DNA from: Escherichia phage vB_EcoM_EP57
Strand: one strand, 5' to 3'
Length of the DNA: 64,000 nt
Sequence record: OR544956
Shown here: one piece after another, positions 25,333 to 34,664 of the stretch
Layout of the letters: each line of letters opens with the position of its first letter
Position numbering within the stretch: the first letter of the stretch is position 1
Made by a program: the position numbers and the translations under genes
Notes under the pieces: model-generated
The model's database searches: none
Told to the model about the DNA's origin: nothing
The model's input: the letters and a program-made list of their open reading frames with translations, nothing else

Positions 25333-26132
25333 GCAACTATCCAATTACAGGCGTAACCTATTCTTGTGTAGCAAAAGGTGGTTTATATACAGTAGTGGAA
25401 TTTCCAAAACCTGCCGGAATATCTAAAGTGTTTGATCCTGTGGTTATCTATGAAGATCTTAGAACAGGTCAACGTTACTGGAGATTTGTGAATGACTTTT
25501 TAGATCGTATGGAGGTAGTAAGTGGCGAAAACACCGAAGAAGTTATCAAAGCCAACGTTACTAAGAAACCGAAAAACGAGGTTCTCAAAGTAGCCAAATC
25601 AGTTCCTAAGAAAGATAAATTTGATACGGAGGCATTCGTCTTTGACACACCAATCGAGAAGATTGAAGAAGCGTTGCAACGTCTTGAGGAGCAGGAGGCA
25701 GATCCAATGGCTGAACCACTCGCTGAAGCAAAAAACATTGGTCGTTCCAATGAAACAACACCAGAAGAACAAGCTGAACTTGAAGCTTTTGCCAAATGGA
25801 CAAAACAGTTAAAGAATGGCTATTATAAAACAAAAGAAGAAGCTGAAAACCATGTTCCTTCCACACCAATGAAATGCCAGGATTATAAAGATTATCCTGA
25901 AAGGGTTGTGTTCCCTGGTTATGCACAATACAAACTGAACGGGTTACGTTCTATGATTAACATGAAAGGAGAGTGTTTATCAAAAGCTGGGGAAGTGTAC
26001 AACCTGCCACCTCATTGGAAAGGTATTCCAAACTTTATTAGTGAAGTTGTTGGTCATCCTCTTGATGGTGAAGTGTTTGCTGGGTTAGGTGTCCTTAGTC
26101 TGCAACAAATTAACAGTGCTTGCAGTAGTTGA
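25329..26132 (+). CDS. ATP-dependent DNA ligase-like nucleotidyltransferase, N-terminal part (motifs I and III); apparently split from 26089..26592
   Basis: KLNGLR (motif I, KxDG-like) and LDGEVF (motif III); frame ends 16 codons after motif III. Confidence 0.45.
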   Translation: MSNYPITGVTYSCVAKGGLYTVVEFPKPAGISKVFDPVVIYEDLRTGQRYWRFVNDFLDRMEVVSGENTEEVIKANVTKKPKNEVLKVAKSVPKKDKFDTEAFVFDTPIEKIEEALQRLEEQEADPMAEPLAEAKNIGRSNETTPEEQAELEAFAKWTKQLKNGYYKTKEEAENHVPSTPMKCQDYKDYPERVVFPGYAQYKLNGLRSMINMKGECLSKAGEVYNLPPHWKGIPNFISEVVGHPLDGEVFAGLGVLSLQQINSACSS

Positions 26133-26592
26133 AGATTATGGTCTTGATGAGCTTATTTGTGTAGTTCATACAGAGTATATTGAAAACCAAGAACAGTTTG
26201 ATGCTTTCTATGAAAAAGCTTTACTTGAGAAAGCTGAAGGTGTAGTATATCGTAATGCTCACGGAGTTTACGAATTTGATAAACGTTCTTATGACGTTAT
26301 TAAACGTAAGCCTCGCCATACGCTTGAAGTTAAAGTAATAAATTCAAAAAGTGATAAAAATGGCGATGGAGTGTTGACAGGTGAGATGGAAAATGGTAAA
26401 GTAGTCGAATTCTTAATGCGTAAAGATGCTCATGAGACTATCAATTATCGTAAAGCAGAGAATGCTTCTACCTTGATTAATCAGTTCGTTGAAATAGAGT
26501 ATGAAGAATTTTCAGATGAAGGTATTCCAACAAAACCTGTTGGTGTTCGTATTCGAGAAATGATCCCAGGCACTTGGGAACCAGCAGAATAA
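26089..26592 (+). CDS. DNA ligase-like nucleotidyltransferase, C-terminal part (motifs IV and V), +1 frame relative to upstream ORF
   Basis: EGVVYR (motif IV) and DVIKRK (motif V); GTG start directly after an in-frame TAG, no RBS. Confidence 0.45.
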   Translation: MSLVCNKLTVLAVVEDYGLDELICVVHTEYIENQEQFDAFYEKALLEKAEGVVYRNAHGVYEFDKRSYDVIKRKPRHTLEVKVINSKSDKNGDGVLTGEMENGKVVEFLMRKDAHETINYRKAENASTLINQFVEIEYEEFSDEGIPTKPVGVRIREMIPGTWEPAE

Positions 26593-26645
26593 GGAGGAAA
26601 AATGTTCTTAGCTTATCATTGTGCAAAATACCTGGAGGCATTTTT

Positions 26646-26828
26646 ATGATAATTTTAGCAACAATTCTTATGATGTTGATAGCAATTGCTATTATAATTC
26701 TGGCATCTTTTCCGGCGGATAAATGGTATTTCAATATTCCACGTATGCTTGTTTTCGGTTTCGCAGGGATTTACATGGGTGAGTCTGTAGTAAATATTAG
26801 CAACTTTCTAGAAAGCTATTTTAAATAA
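26646..26828 (+). CDS. small membrane protein (two predicted TM helices)
   Basis: ATG at 26646 preceded by GGAGG; hydrophobic IILATILMMLIAIAIIILA. Confidence 0.4.
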   Translation: MIILATILMMLIAIAIIILASFPADKWYFNIPRMLVFGFAGIYMGESVVNISNFLESYFK

Positions 26829-26837
26829 GGAGTTATA

Positions 26838-27551
26838 ATGATCGAGAATTTTTTTAAAGATATTAAATTCGATACTGAATTTTTCAAAAATGCAGCAAAG
26901 CACGTAATTGATTGGAATGCCAAAGCACGAGGTGGTGAACAACCTGAATTCACTCAAGAGCTATTTATGTCCCAAATCGGGTTCGTTCGTGAAGAGCTTA
27001 AAGAGTATGAAACAGCCGCGAAAGTAAACGATCATGTAGAACTCTTGGATGCAGCAGCGGATATTTTTGTAGTATCCAGTTATCTTACTTACATGTTCTT
27101 TGGTGAAGAACATACGATGAATTTCTTGGACTATGCTGTAGGCGATGTTTTTACTCCAACTGTGTATACTGATTTTGATGCTTTGGAACAAACATTTACA
27201 GAGCCAGTTCAAATGGCACTAATGGCTGCTGGTATTATGCGTATGTCTCGTGACACTCTAATCCGTTCAAAATATCCAGAAAAGAAAGTTATTAAAGAGG
27301 TATTGAAAAGTAATGATTCCAAGTATCCAACTAAACAACAGTTGCTGAAAACTTGGAAAACTTCGGATATCGATTCAGCCATTGCACAAGAATGCGCTGC
27401 AATTGAAGAACGAAATGCCAATCGTCCAGAAGGGGCATACACTGGTGTTCATGCTGTTTATAATGAAAAACAGAAAGTGTATGTGTTCTTTGATGATAAA
27501 GGTAAGATCATGAAACCATCGACCTTTGTCAAACCTAATATTAATAAGTAA
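26838..27551 (+). CDS. hypothetical protein (weak MazG-like all-alpha NTP pyrophosphohydrolase resemblance)
   Basis: 237-aa ORF with RBS; REELKEYE...LLDAAADIFVV pattern. Confidence 0.3.
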   Translation: MIENFFKDIKFDTEFFKNAAKHVIDWNAKARGGEQPEFTQELFMSQIGFVREELKEYETAAKVNDHVELLDAAADIFVVSSYLTYMFFGEEHTMNFLDYAVGDVFTPTVYTDFDALEQTFTEPVQMALMAAGIMRMSRDTLIRSKYPEKKVIKEVLKSNDSKYPTKQQLLKTWKTSDIDSAIAQECAAIEERNANRPEGAYTGVHAVYNEKQKVYVFFDDKGKIMKPSTFVKPNINK

Positions 27552-27607
27552 TGTTGTAAGCCGCCCTTTATGGGCGGTAATGTGAGATGTATTAAATAGG
27601 AGGAAAC

Positions 27608-28486
27608 ATGTTTGTAAAATCTTTTAAATCCGCTCTGCCTATGGTTGTTGGTGACAATGCTTCTGTAGCATCCCTTAACAGCATTACAGATATTCCTCTG
27701 GAATTTGTAACAGCAGAAGGCTCCCAGTCACACACTATTGGTCTTGTTCGTTTTGAAGATGACTCTAAATTTGTAAAAGAGTTCTCAGATCTTGAACTGC
27801 TTAATGTAGGTCAATCTGTGAAGAAGGTAGATAAAAAGAAAGTTAAACGTATTCTGAATGAACGTCTAGAAGAAATGCGTCAGGACATGGAGAGCGAAGG
27901 TAAAGAGTTTTATGTCGATAAAGAAGTAGTCAAAGCAATGAAGGAAGATATTGAATTTGCACTATTGCCTGAAACAGAACCTGAAGATTTCTTTAACTAT
28001 GTTGTCTTGGATAAAACTACGAATCTTCTTTATGTTCTTAATGGAAGTAAAAAGGTTGCAGAAGAGATTACTTCTTTCCTCCGTTCCGTTCTGGGGACTT
28101 TCCCTTCGGTAGGTTTTAGTGTGCATGAAGAAGCTATTGTAAAAGGTTTTGGTGAATTGCTGGAGAATCACGAAGCAGATCGTATTACTCTCGGAAATTA
28201 TATCAAAATGGAGGATAGCGAGGGCGTTGTTGTTTGGAGTAAAGAATCCCTATACGAGTCTAAAGCTGTCGAACTAAAAGAAGATGGTAAAGATGTTGTT
28301 GCAATCGGTCTTGAATATGACGGTGTTGTAGATTTTGTAGTGGATAAAGAGTTTAAACTTTCTAAACTACGTTTTCCGAAATATTTTGCAGACGAAGAAG
28401 GTAGTATTGAAGCTTCAGTCCTTCTGTGCTTCAATGAGATTCGAGGTCTGATGGAAGATTTAACCAAAGCAACAATCCTTAAATAA
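27608..28486 (+). CDS. RdgC-like recombination-associated protein
   Basis: 292 aa; NLLYVLNGSKKVAEEITSFLRSVLGTFPSV matches the conserved RdgC core as recalled from E. coli RdgC. Confidence 0.5.
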   Translation: MFVKSFKSALPMVVGDNASVASLNSITDIPLEFVTAEGSQSHTIGLVRFEDDSKFVKEFSDLELLNVGQSVKKVDKKKVKRILNERLEEMRQDMESEGKEFYVDKEVVKAMKEDIEFALLPETEPEDFFNYVVLDKTTNLLYVLNGSKKVAEEITSFLRSVLGTFPSVGFSVHEEAIVKGFGELLENHEADRITLGNYIKMEDSEGVVVWSKESLYESKAVELKEDGKDVVAIGLEYDGVVDFVVDKEFKLSKLRFPKYFADEEGSIEASVLLCFNEIRGLMEDLTKATILK

Positions 28487-28490
28487 GTTC

Positions 28491-28519
28491 TTGACTTGCG
28501 GGATTAGTTATGATATTAT
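28491..28519 (+). promoter_or_regulatory. sigma70-like promoter overlapping a hairpin plus T-run
   Basis: TTGACT - 17 nt - TATTAT, then GCCTACCT..AGGTAGGC TTTTT and RBS. Confidence 0.4.
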
Positions 28520-28558
28520 GCCTACCTACTTAATGAGGTAGGCTTTTTAGGAGGCGTT

Positions 28559-28768
28559 ATGAAAAAGATTCTGACAGTCGTTCTTTTAGCTTTTAGTTTC
28601 ACAGTAGCAGCAGGTCAAATTACTTTAATCTTGTCTGATTCTGAAGTTAATGGCAATACAAAATATTGCTACTATTCTAACGCTAACCAAGATGAAGTTA
28701 TAGCAATCCCGAAAAGTCGTCAATGTCCGTATACTAAAACATTCTCAACAGAGGATGACGATGAATAA
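28559..28768 (+). CDS. small secreted protein with signal peptide; stop is in frame with the long open frame that follows
   Basis: MKKILTVVLLAFSFTVAAG signal peptide, two Cys, acidic C-terminus; single TAA at 28766. Confidence 0.45.
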   Translation: MKKILTVVLLAFSFTVAAGQITLILSDSEVNGNTKYCYYSNANQDEVIAIPKSRQCPYTKTFSTEDDDE

Positions 28769-28780
28769 TTAGGGGGAAAT

Positions 28781-29899
28781 ATTAGCGGTTATATTTTAAT
28801 TAAGCCTGAAGATCTTCATTTATATGTCAACGAAGAAACAATAGCTGCAATTGATTATGATCAGATCGCTTTCCAAGCAGCGTCTGCATTAGAGAAAAGA
28901 ACAATCATTGCAAAGCACATCCCTTCAGGTGCTCAAAAGGAATTTAAAAATAAGACAGAGTTTTGGGGTAAAAGCAAGACTAAGATTGGAGGTTGGCTAG
29001 GAGATACAAATGCAGAAAGAGCCTCCAAAAACAAACGTCCCTTCACAAAGGAAGAGTTCGAAATCATTGATAAGCAATACCCGCCAGAAGATATCGGACA
29101 CACCTTCCAAGCAGCTAAAACAAAAGTCTTAGGTATTCTAAAACATCTACGTTTAGAAAAATATTGCGGAGTTATTGGCGTAGGAAAAACTTTCAGACAC
29201 GCCTTCAAAATGCCTGTAGAATATAAATCTGAACGATTAGATATCAAACCACTTCAGCTTTCAGAAACCAAAGATTATCTTGTGGAGTTCCACAATGGTG
29301 ATGTTGTTACTGTAATAGAAGCTGATGATGAGTTAGAGAAGTATGGTTTCCAAGGTTATAAAGATTATAAAAGGACGGGTAAATTTTCTTATATCGTTGT
29401 ATCTATAGATAAAGATAGTTTACATACTCCTAGTATCCTTTTTAATTTCTACAAAGAGGATGGAGTATTTAAAAATCCAGATATAATTCTTATTGACGAG
29501 TCTATTGGCGATATATGGATCGTAGATAAAGGTAAAAAGAAAGAAGTTAAAGGTTGGGGCAGTTACTGGTTAGCATATCAGATGCTAATGGGAGATAAAA
29601 CAGATAGTATCCGACCTTATCAAGATTTTGATATTAAGTTCGGAGATATTACTTGTTTTAATCTTCTTTCAGCTTGTAAAACTCAAGCAGAACTTTTCCA
29701 AACAGTTAAAGACACTTACTACTCATGGTTCCCAGAGGGTGTTAATTTTACTTCTTGGGATGGAGAAGAAGTCCATATGACAACAGATGAATGGATAGAA
29801 ACAATTTTCCAGTTGGTATACATGAAACGCTGGGATAATGACGATACAACATTTGAGAGTATGCTTCAGTCATACATCTCGCAACAGGAGGCAGAGTGA
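28781..29899 (+). CDS. hypothetical protein, possible FEN-like nuclease; start uncertain (ATG at 29210, or ATT at 28781 after GGGGG, or readthrough from 28559)
   Basis: frame open for 147 codons upstream of the track ATG with no ATG/GTG/TTG; GDKTDSIRP resembles the FEN GDxSDNIPG motif weakly. Confidence 0.3.
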   Translation: MSGYILIKPEDLHLYVNEETIAAIDYDQIAFQAASALEKRTIIAKHIPSGAQKEFKNKTEFWGKSKTKIGGWLGDTNAERASKNKRPFTKEEFEIIDKQYPPEDIGHTFQAAKTKVLGILKHLRLEKYCGVIGVGKTFRHAFKMPVEYKSERLDIKPLQLSETKDYLVEFHNGDVVTVIEADDELEKYGFQGYKDYKRTGKFSYIVVSIDKDSLHTPSILFNFYKEDGVFKNPDIILIDESIGDIWIVDKGKKKEVKGWGSYWLAYQMLMGDKTDSIRPYQDFDIKFGDITCFNLLSACKTQAELFQTVKDTYYSWFPEGVNFTSWDGEEVHMTTDEWIETIFQLVYMKRWDNDDTTFESMLQSYISQQEAE

Positions 29900-30849
29900 G
29901 CAGATTAACAGAAGAGCAGAAAGCAGATATCCTTAGTATGAGTGCAGAGGGTATGTCTTCTCGTAATATTGCAGCAATTGTTTTAGGTAGTCCAACAAGA
30001 AAAAGCACAGTGAACGATTTCCTTGCACGATTAAGTAAACAAGAGCCAGTTAAAAAGAAACAACCCGTTATTAAAATTATTGATGTTGAAACTGCACCAG
30101 AGATTGCATATACTTTCCGTCGATTCAAAGCCTTCATTTCTCCAGATCAAGTAATTCGTAGGGGTTATTTGTTATCTTACTCTTCTGCTGACCTATATAC
30201 TGGTGAAGTGGAAGGTAAGAACTTGTCTTCTTATCCTCTTTTTGATATTGATCATACAGATGATTGGGAGCTTTGCCAAGATCTTTGGAACCTTCTGAAC
30301 GAGGCAGATGTAGTTGTGGCACACAACGGGTATAAGTTTGACCGTGCATACATTAACCAACGATTTGCATATCACGATATGGCTCCTCCTTCTAATTATG
30401 TAGTTGTTGATACATTGAAGGCAGCTAAGAAACAATTTGCACTTCCTTCCAACTCCCTTAAAGAAATGGGAGCATATTTCGAAACAGAAAGTGAAAAACT
30501 GGATAACGAGGGGTTCCCTTTATGGAAAGCATGTTGTGAAGGTGATCGTGATGCTTTTGAACGTATGCAGATTTACAATGATGGTGATGTTGTTTCACTC
30601 CGTGATTTGTATATGAAAATCCTTCCGTGGATTCCACAGCATCCTAACTTATCCGCTTATTACCCAGATGAGAAAGTCCGTTGTTCTCGTTGTGGCAGTG
30701 ATCACGTTCACGTTGTTACTGGTAAGCAATACCACACTGCGGTAAGTTCTTTCGATATCATTCGTTGTGAATCTTGCGGCGGTTTGTCACGTAGTAGAGC
30801 AAACACCAGATCCAAGGATAAACGAGCAGCAACTATCATTGGAATCTAA
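29896..30849 (+). CDS. DEDD-family 3'-5' exonuclease (DnaQ-like) with C-terminal zinc ribbon
   Basis: Exo I IIDVETAPE, Exo II VVAHNGYKFD, Exo III YNDGDVVSLRDLY; CSRCGS...CESCGG. Confidence 0.5.
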   Translation: MSRLTEEQKADILSMSAEGMSSRNIAAIVLGSPTRKSTVNDFLARLSKQEPVKKKQPVIKIIDVETAPEIAYTFRRFKAFISPDQVIRRGYLLSYSSADLYTGEVEGKNLSSYPLFDIDHTDDWELCQDLWNLLNEADVVVAHNGYKFDRAYINQRFAYHDMAPPSNYVVVDTLKAAKKQFALPSNSLKEMGAYFETESEKLDNEGFPLWKACCEGDRDAFERMQIYNDGDVVSLRDLYMKILPWIPQHPNLSAYYPDEKVRCSRCGSDHVHVVTGKQYHTAVSSFDIIRCESCGGLSRSRANTRSKDKRAATIIGI

Positions 30850-30855
30850 TAATCA

Positions 30856-30878
30856 GGGAGCTTATTGCTCCCTTTTTT
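30856..30878 (+). terminator. rho-independent terminator
   Basis: GGGAGC-TTATT-GCTCCC followed by TTTTTT. Confidence 0.6.
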
Positions 30879-30879
30879 A

Positions 30880-30908
30880 TTGACAAAAATTTTATATTAG
30901 TGTATACT
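30880..30908 (+). promoter_or_regulatory. strong sigma70-type promoter
   Basis: TTGACA - 17 nt - TATACT. Confidence 0.55.
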
Positions 30909-31090
30909 CTGCTAACCACAATAAAAGGAGGAAATATGAGCATTACATTAACAGGTAACGAAATTTTCGAACTGTTTGAAATGTTAGGTTTGAACTATAC
31001 CATCCGATGGTGATATTATCTATCAAGGTAGGGTAGCTTATTATGCAGACTACCCAGAAGAAGGCGCAGTAGGAATTCAGGAGGAAAATT

Positions 31091-31492
31091 ATGTCTAATG
31101 CTTTTGATAATCAGGTTGACGGTGATCACTACACAAAGATGGCAATGCAACCTATTGAACTAGCTTATTTGGTTGGTGGCACACCTTGTTTTTGCAAATT
31201 GGCAAAATATGCAACACGTATTAAAGGTGAACGTCAGATTAACCTAGATAAAGCTATTCATTGTATTGAACTAGAAAGAACCCTTATGCAAAATAACACG
31301 TATATGGTTCGTGAAAATTATCCCTCTATGACAAATGCAGCTAAACATGATCAAGCTATGCTTCTTATTGATTTCTTCACAAAAGATCCTTTAATACGAG
31401 TAGCACTGAAACACATGTATAACTCTTCTTATGTAGATGCAATCGAAGCTATTAAACAACTTAAGGAACGTATTAGTGGCGAGCAATACTAA
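31091..31492 (+). CDS. hypothetical protein
   Basis: 133-aa ORF with AGGAGG RBS. Confidence 0.45.
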   Translation: MSNAFDNQVDGDHYTKMAMQPIELAYLVGGTPCFCKLAKYATRIKGERQINLDKAIHCIELERTLMQNNTYMVRENYPSMTNAAKHDQAMLLIDFFTKDPLIRVALKHMYNSSYVDAIEAIKQLKERISGEQY

Positions 31493-31582
31493 ACAATATG
31501 GAGCAGGAGAAGTTTATAAAATATTCAACCGAAAAGGTGATAAACTTTTACTAACTTTGACTATTCCAGAAACAATGTGCAA

Positions 31583-31610
31583 GGCGGGGTTAGACCGCCT
31601 TTTGTTTTTT
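31583..31610 (+). terminator. rho-independent terminator
   Basis: GGCGG-ggttaga-CCGCC followed by TTTTGTTTTTT. Confidence 0.5.
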
Positions 31611-31659
31611 AAACATAATATCCCACCAGGGGAATATACAGCTAAAAAGGTGAGCAATA

Positions 31660-32235
31660 TTGGCAGGTGAACCAAAAATAATGTGGGGTGAAGGAACACC
31701 CTGGAAAACACAAGCTGAATTTTATACTTATCTTAGGGGATGTTTTAGAAAAGCATGGATGAGACACCCTAATAAAATTAAGGTTATCAATGCAAGGCGT
31801 TTTAAAGTTGATCGTGTAGATAAAGACGGCAATGTAATGATAGACAAGAAAACTGGAAAACCAAAACAAGTTTGGAATTGTGAGTGCGAAATATGTGGAC
31901 ACAGAGGAGGAATGAAAGACTTCCAAGTGGATCATATTCACGCAGCAAAACAACTTCAATGTTTTGAGGATATTCCCCTTTTTGTTTTCCGTTTAATCTA
32001 TGTGAAAGAAGAAGATTTGCGCATGGTTTGTAAATTGTGCAACTCTATTCTTGCTTATGCAGATAAACAAGGTATATCTTTTGAAGAAGCGAAAGCTGAA
32101 AAAGAAGCAATAGCTTTGTGTAGAGCTAAGAAAGATAAAGCTTGGTTGAAGAAGCGTAAAATAGAACCTGAAAGCACAGTAGCGAAACGCCGCAAACAAA
32201 TAGTCAAAATCCTATTGCAGGAAATTGAAAGTTAG
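31660..32235 (+). CDS. HNH endonuclease (free-standing homing endonuclease-like); likely start ATG at 31681
   Basis: CECEICGH...QVDHIH...CKLCN HNH zinc-finger motif. Confidence 0.5.
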   Translation: MAGEPKIMWGEGTPWKTQAEFYTYLRGCFRKAWMRHPNKIKVINARRFKVDRVDKDGNVMIDKKTGKPKQVWNCECEICGHRGGMKDFQVDHIHAAKQLQCFEDIPLFVFRLIYVKEEDLRMVCKLCNSILAYADKQGISFEEAKAEKEAIALCRAKKDKAWLKKRKIEPESTVAKRRKQIVKILLQEIES

Positions 32236-32271
32236 TATAAGATAACTATACTAAAAGAGAGAGGAGGTTTT

Positions 32272-32880
32272 ATGCAGATAGTATGTGATTGGGATTTAGT
32301 TGTGGCTCCATTAGATGTTGCTTGGTTAGAATGGTTGAATAAGATTAGTGGACTTGGTGTTAAGATAGACACATTCACAAAAAATGCAGACTATGATCTT
32401 ACCAACTACTTTCCTGGTTTCAGGGAGGAGTTCAATATAGATCCTTACGGATTTCTGGATAATCCTCATCTCTATGATACAATGGGTTTTGTTGCAGGTA
32501 TGCCAGATTTCTTAAAGTATGTTTCAAGGAAAGGTAGCAATCTTTTGATCGCAAGTGTGACAAAAGGTGGTCACTTAAGTTCTAAACATAAGCATGTTTT
32601 AAGAACATTAGATACGATTGATTTTAGCAAAGGATCTGGCAACGGCTTTTTTGCTACGAAAGAAAAATACTTATTACCTTGTGATATAGCAATAGATGAC
32701 AGGGCTGATAACCTACTATATTTTCCAGATGAAGTGGTTAAAATATATTTTAATACGCCTTATAAAGATAACCATCTAGAAGAACTAAAGAAAAAACCAA
32801 ATGTTGTGATCACAGGTTTAGAAGATCAGTGGCTAACATGTTTGGATGTTTTTAACACTTTGAACAATTTTAAAAACTAA
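32272..32880 (+). CDS. HAD-superfamily phosphatase (5'-deoxyribonucleotidase candidate)
   Basis: N-terminal DWDLV (DxDx[TV]) and IDDRADN motif; sits among nucleotide-metabolism genes. Confidence 0.4.
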   Translation: MQIVCDWDLVVAPLDVAWLEWLNKISGLGVKIDTFTKNADYDLTNYFPGFREEFNIDPYGFLDNPHLYDTMGFVAGMPDFLKYVSRKGSNLLIASVTKGGHLSSKHKHVLRTLDTIDFSKGSGNGFFATKEKYLLPCDIAIDDRADNLLYFPDEVVKIYFNTPYKDNHLEELKKKPNVVITGLEDQWLTCLDVFNTLNNFKN

Positions 32881-32889
32881 GGAGAAAAA

Positions 32890-33888
32890 ATGACAAAACA
32901 GATTTCGGCTAGTATTATTGCGCATTCCATTACTGAAGACGGAAAAGAGATTGTAACTTTTGAACTAGAATATCCACGTATTATTCATTCAGAATTGATG
33001 ACTCACCGCCTGTTCAGTCGTAATGCTGCTTCTAGCCGTGCTATACCTGTTAAAACACTGATTGAAATGGTGCGAAATCAACCTGCTCGTCCTTATCGTT
33101 TTGGGGCTAACCAACCTGGTATGCAGGATAAAGGTGTTGATCATGACGCTCTTATTGATGCAGGTTATACTGCTCAAGAGTGGTGGGATCTTGCCGCGCT
33201 TAGTGCAGCACGTTTTGCAGAAGAATTCTCTTTGGCAGGGTACCACAAACAAGTTGCAAACCGTCTTCTGGAACCTTTCCAACGAATTAAAACAGTTCTG
33301 ACAGCAACAGAATATGAAAATTTCTGGTGGCTACGTGATGACAAAGAAGCCGATCCTACTATCGAAGCTTTGGCTAAAGAGATGCACAAAGAGTATGAAG
33401 GATCTACACCAGAAGTGCTGAAACCAGGGCAATGGCACACACCTTATGTAGACCATTTCTATGATAATATTGGTACAGAAGGTGACGATCATTTTGTTTT
33501 TGGTGGATACTACGTTCAAGATGAATCTGGAGAAGTTGTTGTGCTTACTTTGGAAGAAGCCAAAGCTATTTCAGCTTCGTGTTGTGCACAGGTTAGCTAT
33601 CGTCGTTTAAATGCAACTAAAGATAAAGCTTTAGATATCTATGGTCGCTTGCTGACTGGGCGCAAGGTTCATGCTTCTCCGTTTGAACATCAAGCTACTC
33701 CAATTCAAGAAACATGCGAACAATATGGAGAGAACTGTTTTGAAGATTTGTTTATCAATGCTCCTTGGGATTTTAACTCTTGGGAACCAGGTATTACCCA
33801 TGTAGATCGTAATGGTAAGTTTTGGTCTGGCAATTTCAAAGGCTGGATTCAACATCGTCAACTTTTAACAAATCATACTAAATGGTGA
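32890..33888 (+). CDS. thyX: ThyX-like flavin-dependent thymidylate synthase family protein with divergent signature and C-terminal extension
   Basis: MTHRLFSRNAASSRA aligns to the ThyX RHRxxSxxxxSSRY signature with first Arg replaced by Thr and Tyr by Ala; 332 aa. Confidence 0.45.
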   Translation: MTKQISASIIAHSITEDGKEIVTFELEYPRIIHSELMTHRLFSRNAASSRAIPVKTLIEMVRNQPARPYRFGANQPGMQDKGVDHDALIDAGYTAQEWWDLAALSAARFAEEFSLAGYHKQVANRLLEPFQRIKTVLTATEYENFWWLRDDKEADPTIEALAKEMHKEYEGSTPEVLKPGQWHTPYVDHFYDNIGTEGDDHFVFGGYYVQDESGEVVVLTLEEAKAISASCCAQVSYRRLNATKDKALDIYGRLLTGRKVHASPFEHQATPIQETCEQYGENCFEDLFINAPWDFNSWEPGITHVDRNGKFWSGNFKGWIQHRQLLTNHTKW

Positions 33889-33904
33889 TCTGTTTAAATA
33901 GTTA

Positions 33905-33932
33905 TTGACTTTAGTATTAGTTTTAGTATAAT
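33905..33932 (+). promoter_or_regulatory. consensus sigma70 promoter
   Basis: TTGACT - 16 nt - TATAAT. Confidence 0.55.
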
Positions 33933-33986
33933 ATAGCACAATACTGGGAGGAGGTGAGTCCTCCCATTCAAAATGAAGGAGAAAAT

Positions 33987-34397
33987 ATGTCATTAGTAAA
34001 TACTACAACTTGGGCTACCGTAAGCATGTCTACTGTAATGTCTACCCCTATCTGGAAACTAGAATCAAATAAACACAATGGCAATATCCCACACGAGAAA
34101 CAAAATGCTGTTATTAGAGCGTCGCTTGTAATGCTGGGTATGGCTGAAGATTCACACTATTCTGTTGAGCGTAATGTGAATATCAGAAGCAATAACGATA
34201 AGCGAGTAGTGTTTGCAAATACAACGCTTTTCACTTTCCCTGTTTCACCTAATTGTGGTTTTAAACGAATCTATCAAGAAAATGATATTTTTCATTTTGG
34301 TGATGAAGAATTTACAGGTTGGGGTGCGTCACATATTAAGATGGATGATTTCGGTAACTCTTATGATCCTGCGAAAGCAGATGATACTAATCAATGA
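33987..34397 (+). CDS. hypothetical protein
   Basis: ATG at 33987 with RBS. Confidence 0.4.
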   Translation: MSLVNTTTWATVSMSTVMSTPIWKLESNKHNGNIPHEKQNAVIRASLVMLGMAEDSHYSVERNVNIRSNNDKRVVFANTTLFTFPVSPNCGFKRIYQENDIFHFGDEEFTGWGASHIKMDDFGNSYDPAKADDTNQ

Positions 34398-34648
34398 GAG
34401 GGACAATGACTGATAATAAATATGAAGGCTGTGAAATCGAAGTCTATTTTGATGAAACTGTTGGTTGTAATGTAACTGTAATTCTAGACACTTCAAAACG
34501 TTTATCTCCTAAAAGACAAGAAGCAGACCGTCGAGCAAAAGCAAAAGGGTTTGATGACATAACTCATTTTGAAGGTTTTCTATATGCTAATGGACTTTTT
34601 AATGAAATGAAGTTTGGTTATGATGTAGATGTTTTGAATATGCATTAA
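34394..34648 (+). CDS. hypothetical protein
   Basis: 84-aa ORF, start overlaps upstream stop. Confidence 0.35.
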   Translation: MRGTMTDNKYEGCEIEVYFDETVGCNVTVILDTSKRLSPKRQEADRRAKAKGFDDITHFEGFLYANGLFNEMKFGYDVDVLNMH

Positions 34649-34664
34649 TAATAGGGAGGAGAAG

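Noticed and set aside
26602-26648. 15-codon upstream ORF with a strong RBS before the small membrane protein
   Set aside because: Too short to call as a gene from sequence alone; could be a leader peptide but there is no supporting structure.
31437-31670. 77-aa ORF overlapping the end of 31091..31492
   Set aside because: Starts inside the upstream gene and spans a clear terminator hairpin plus T-run at 31583..31610; more likely intergenic sequence than a gene.
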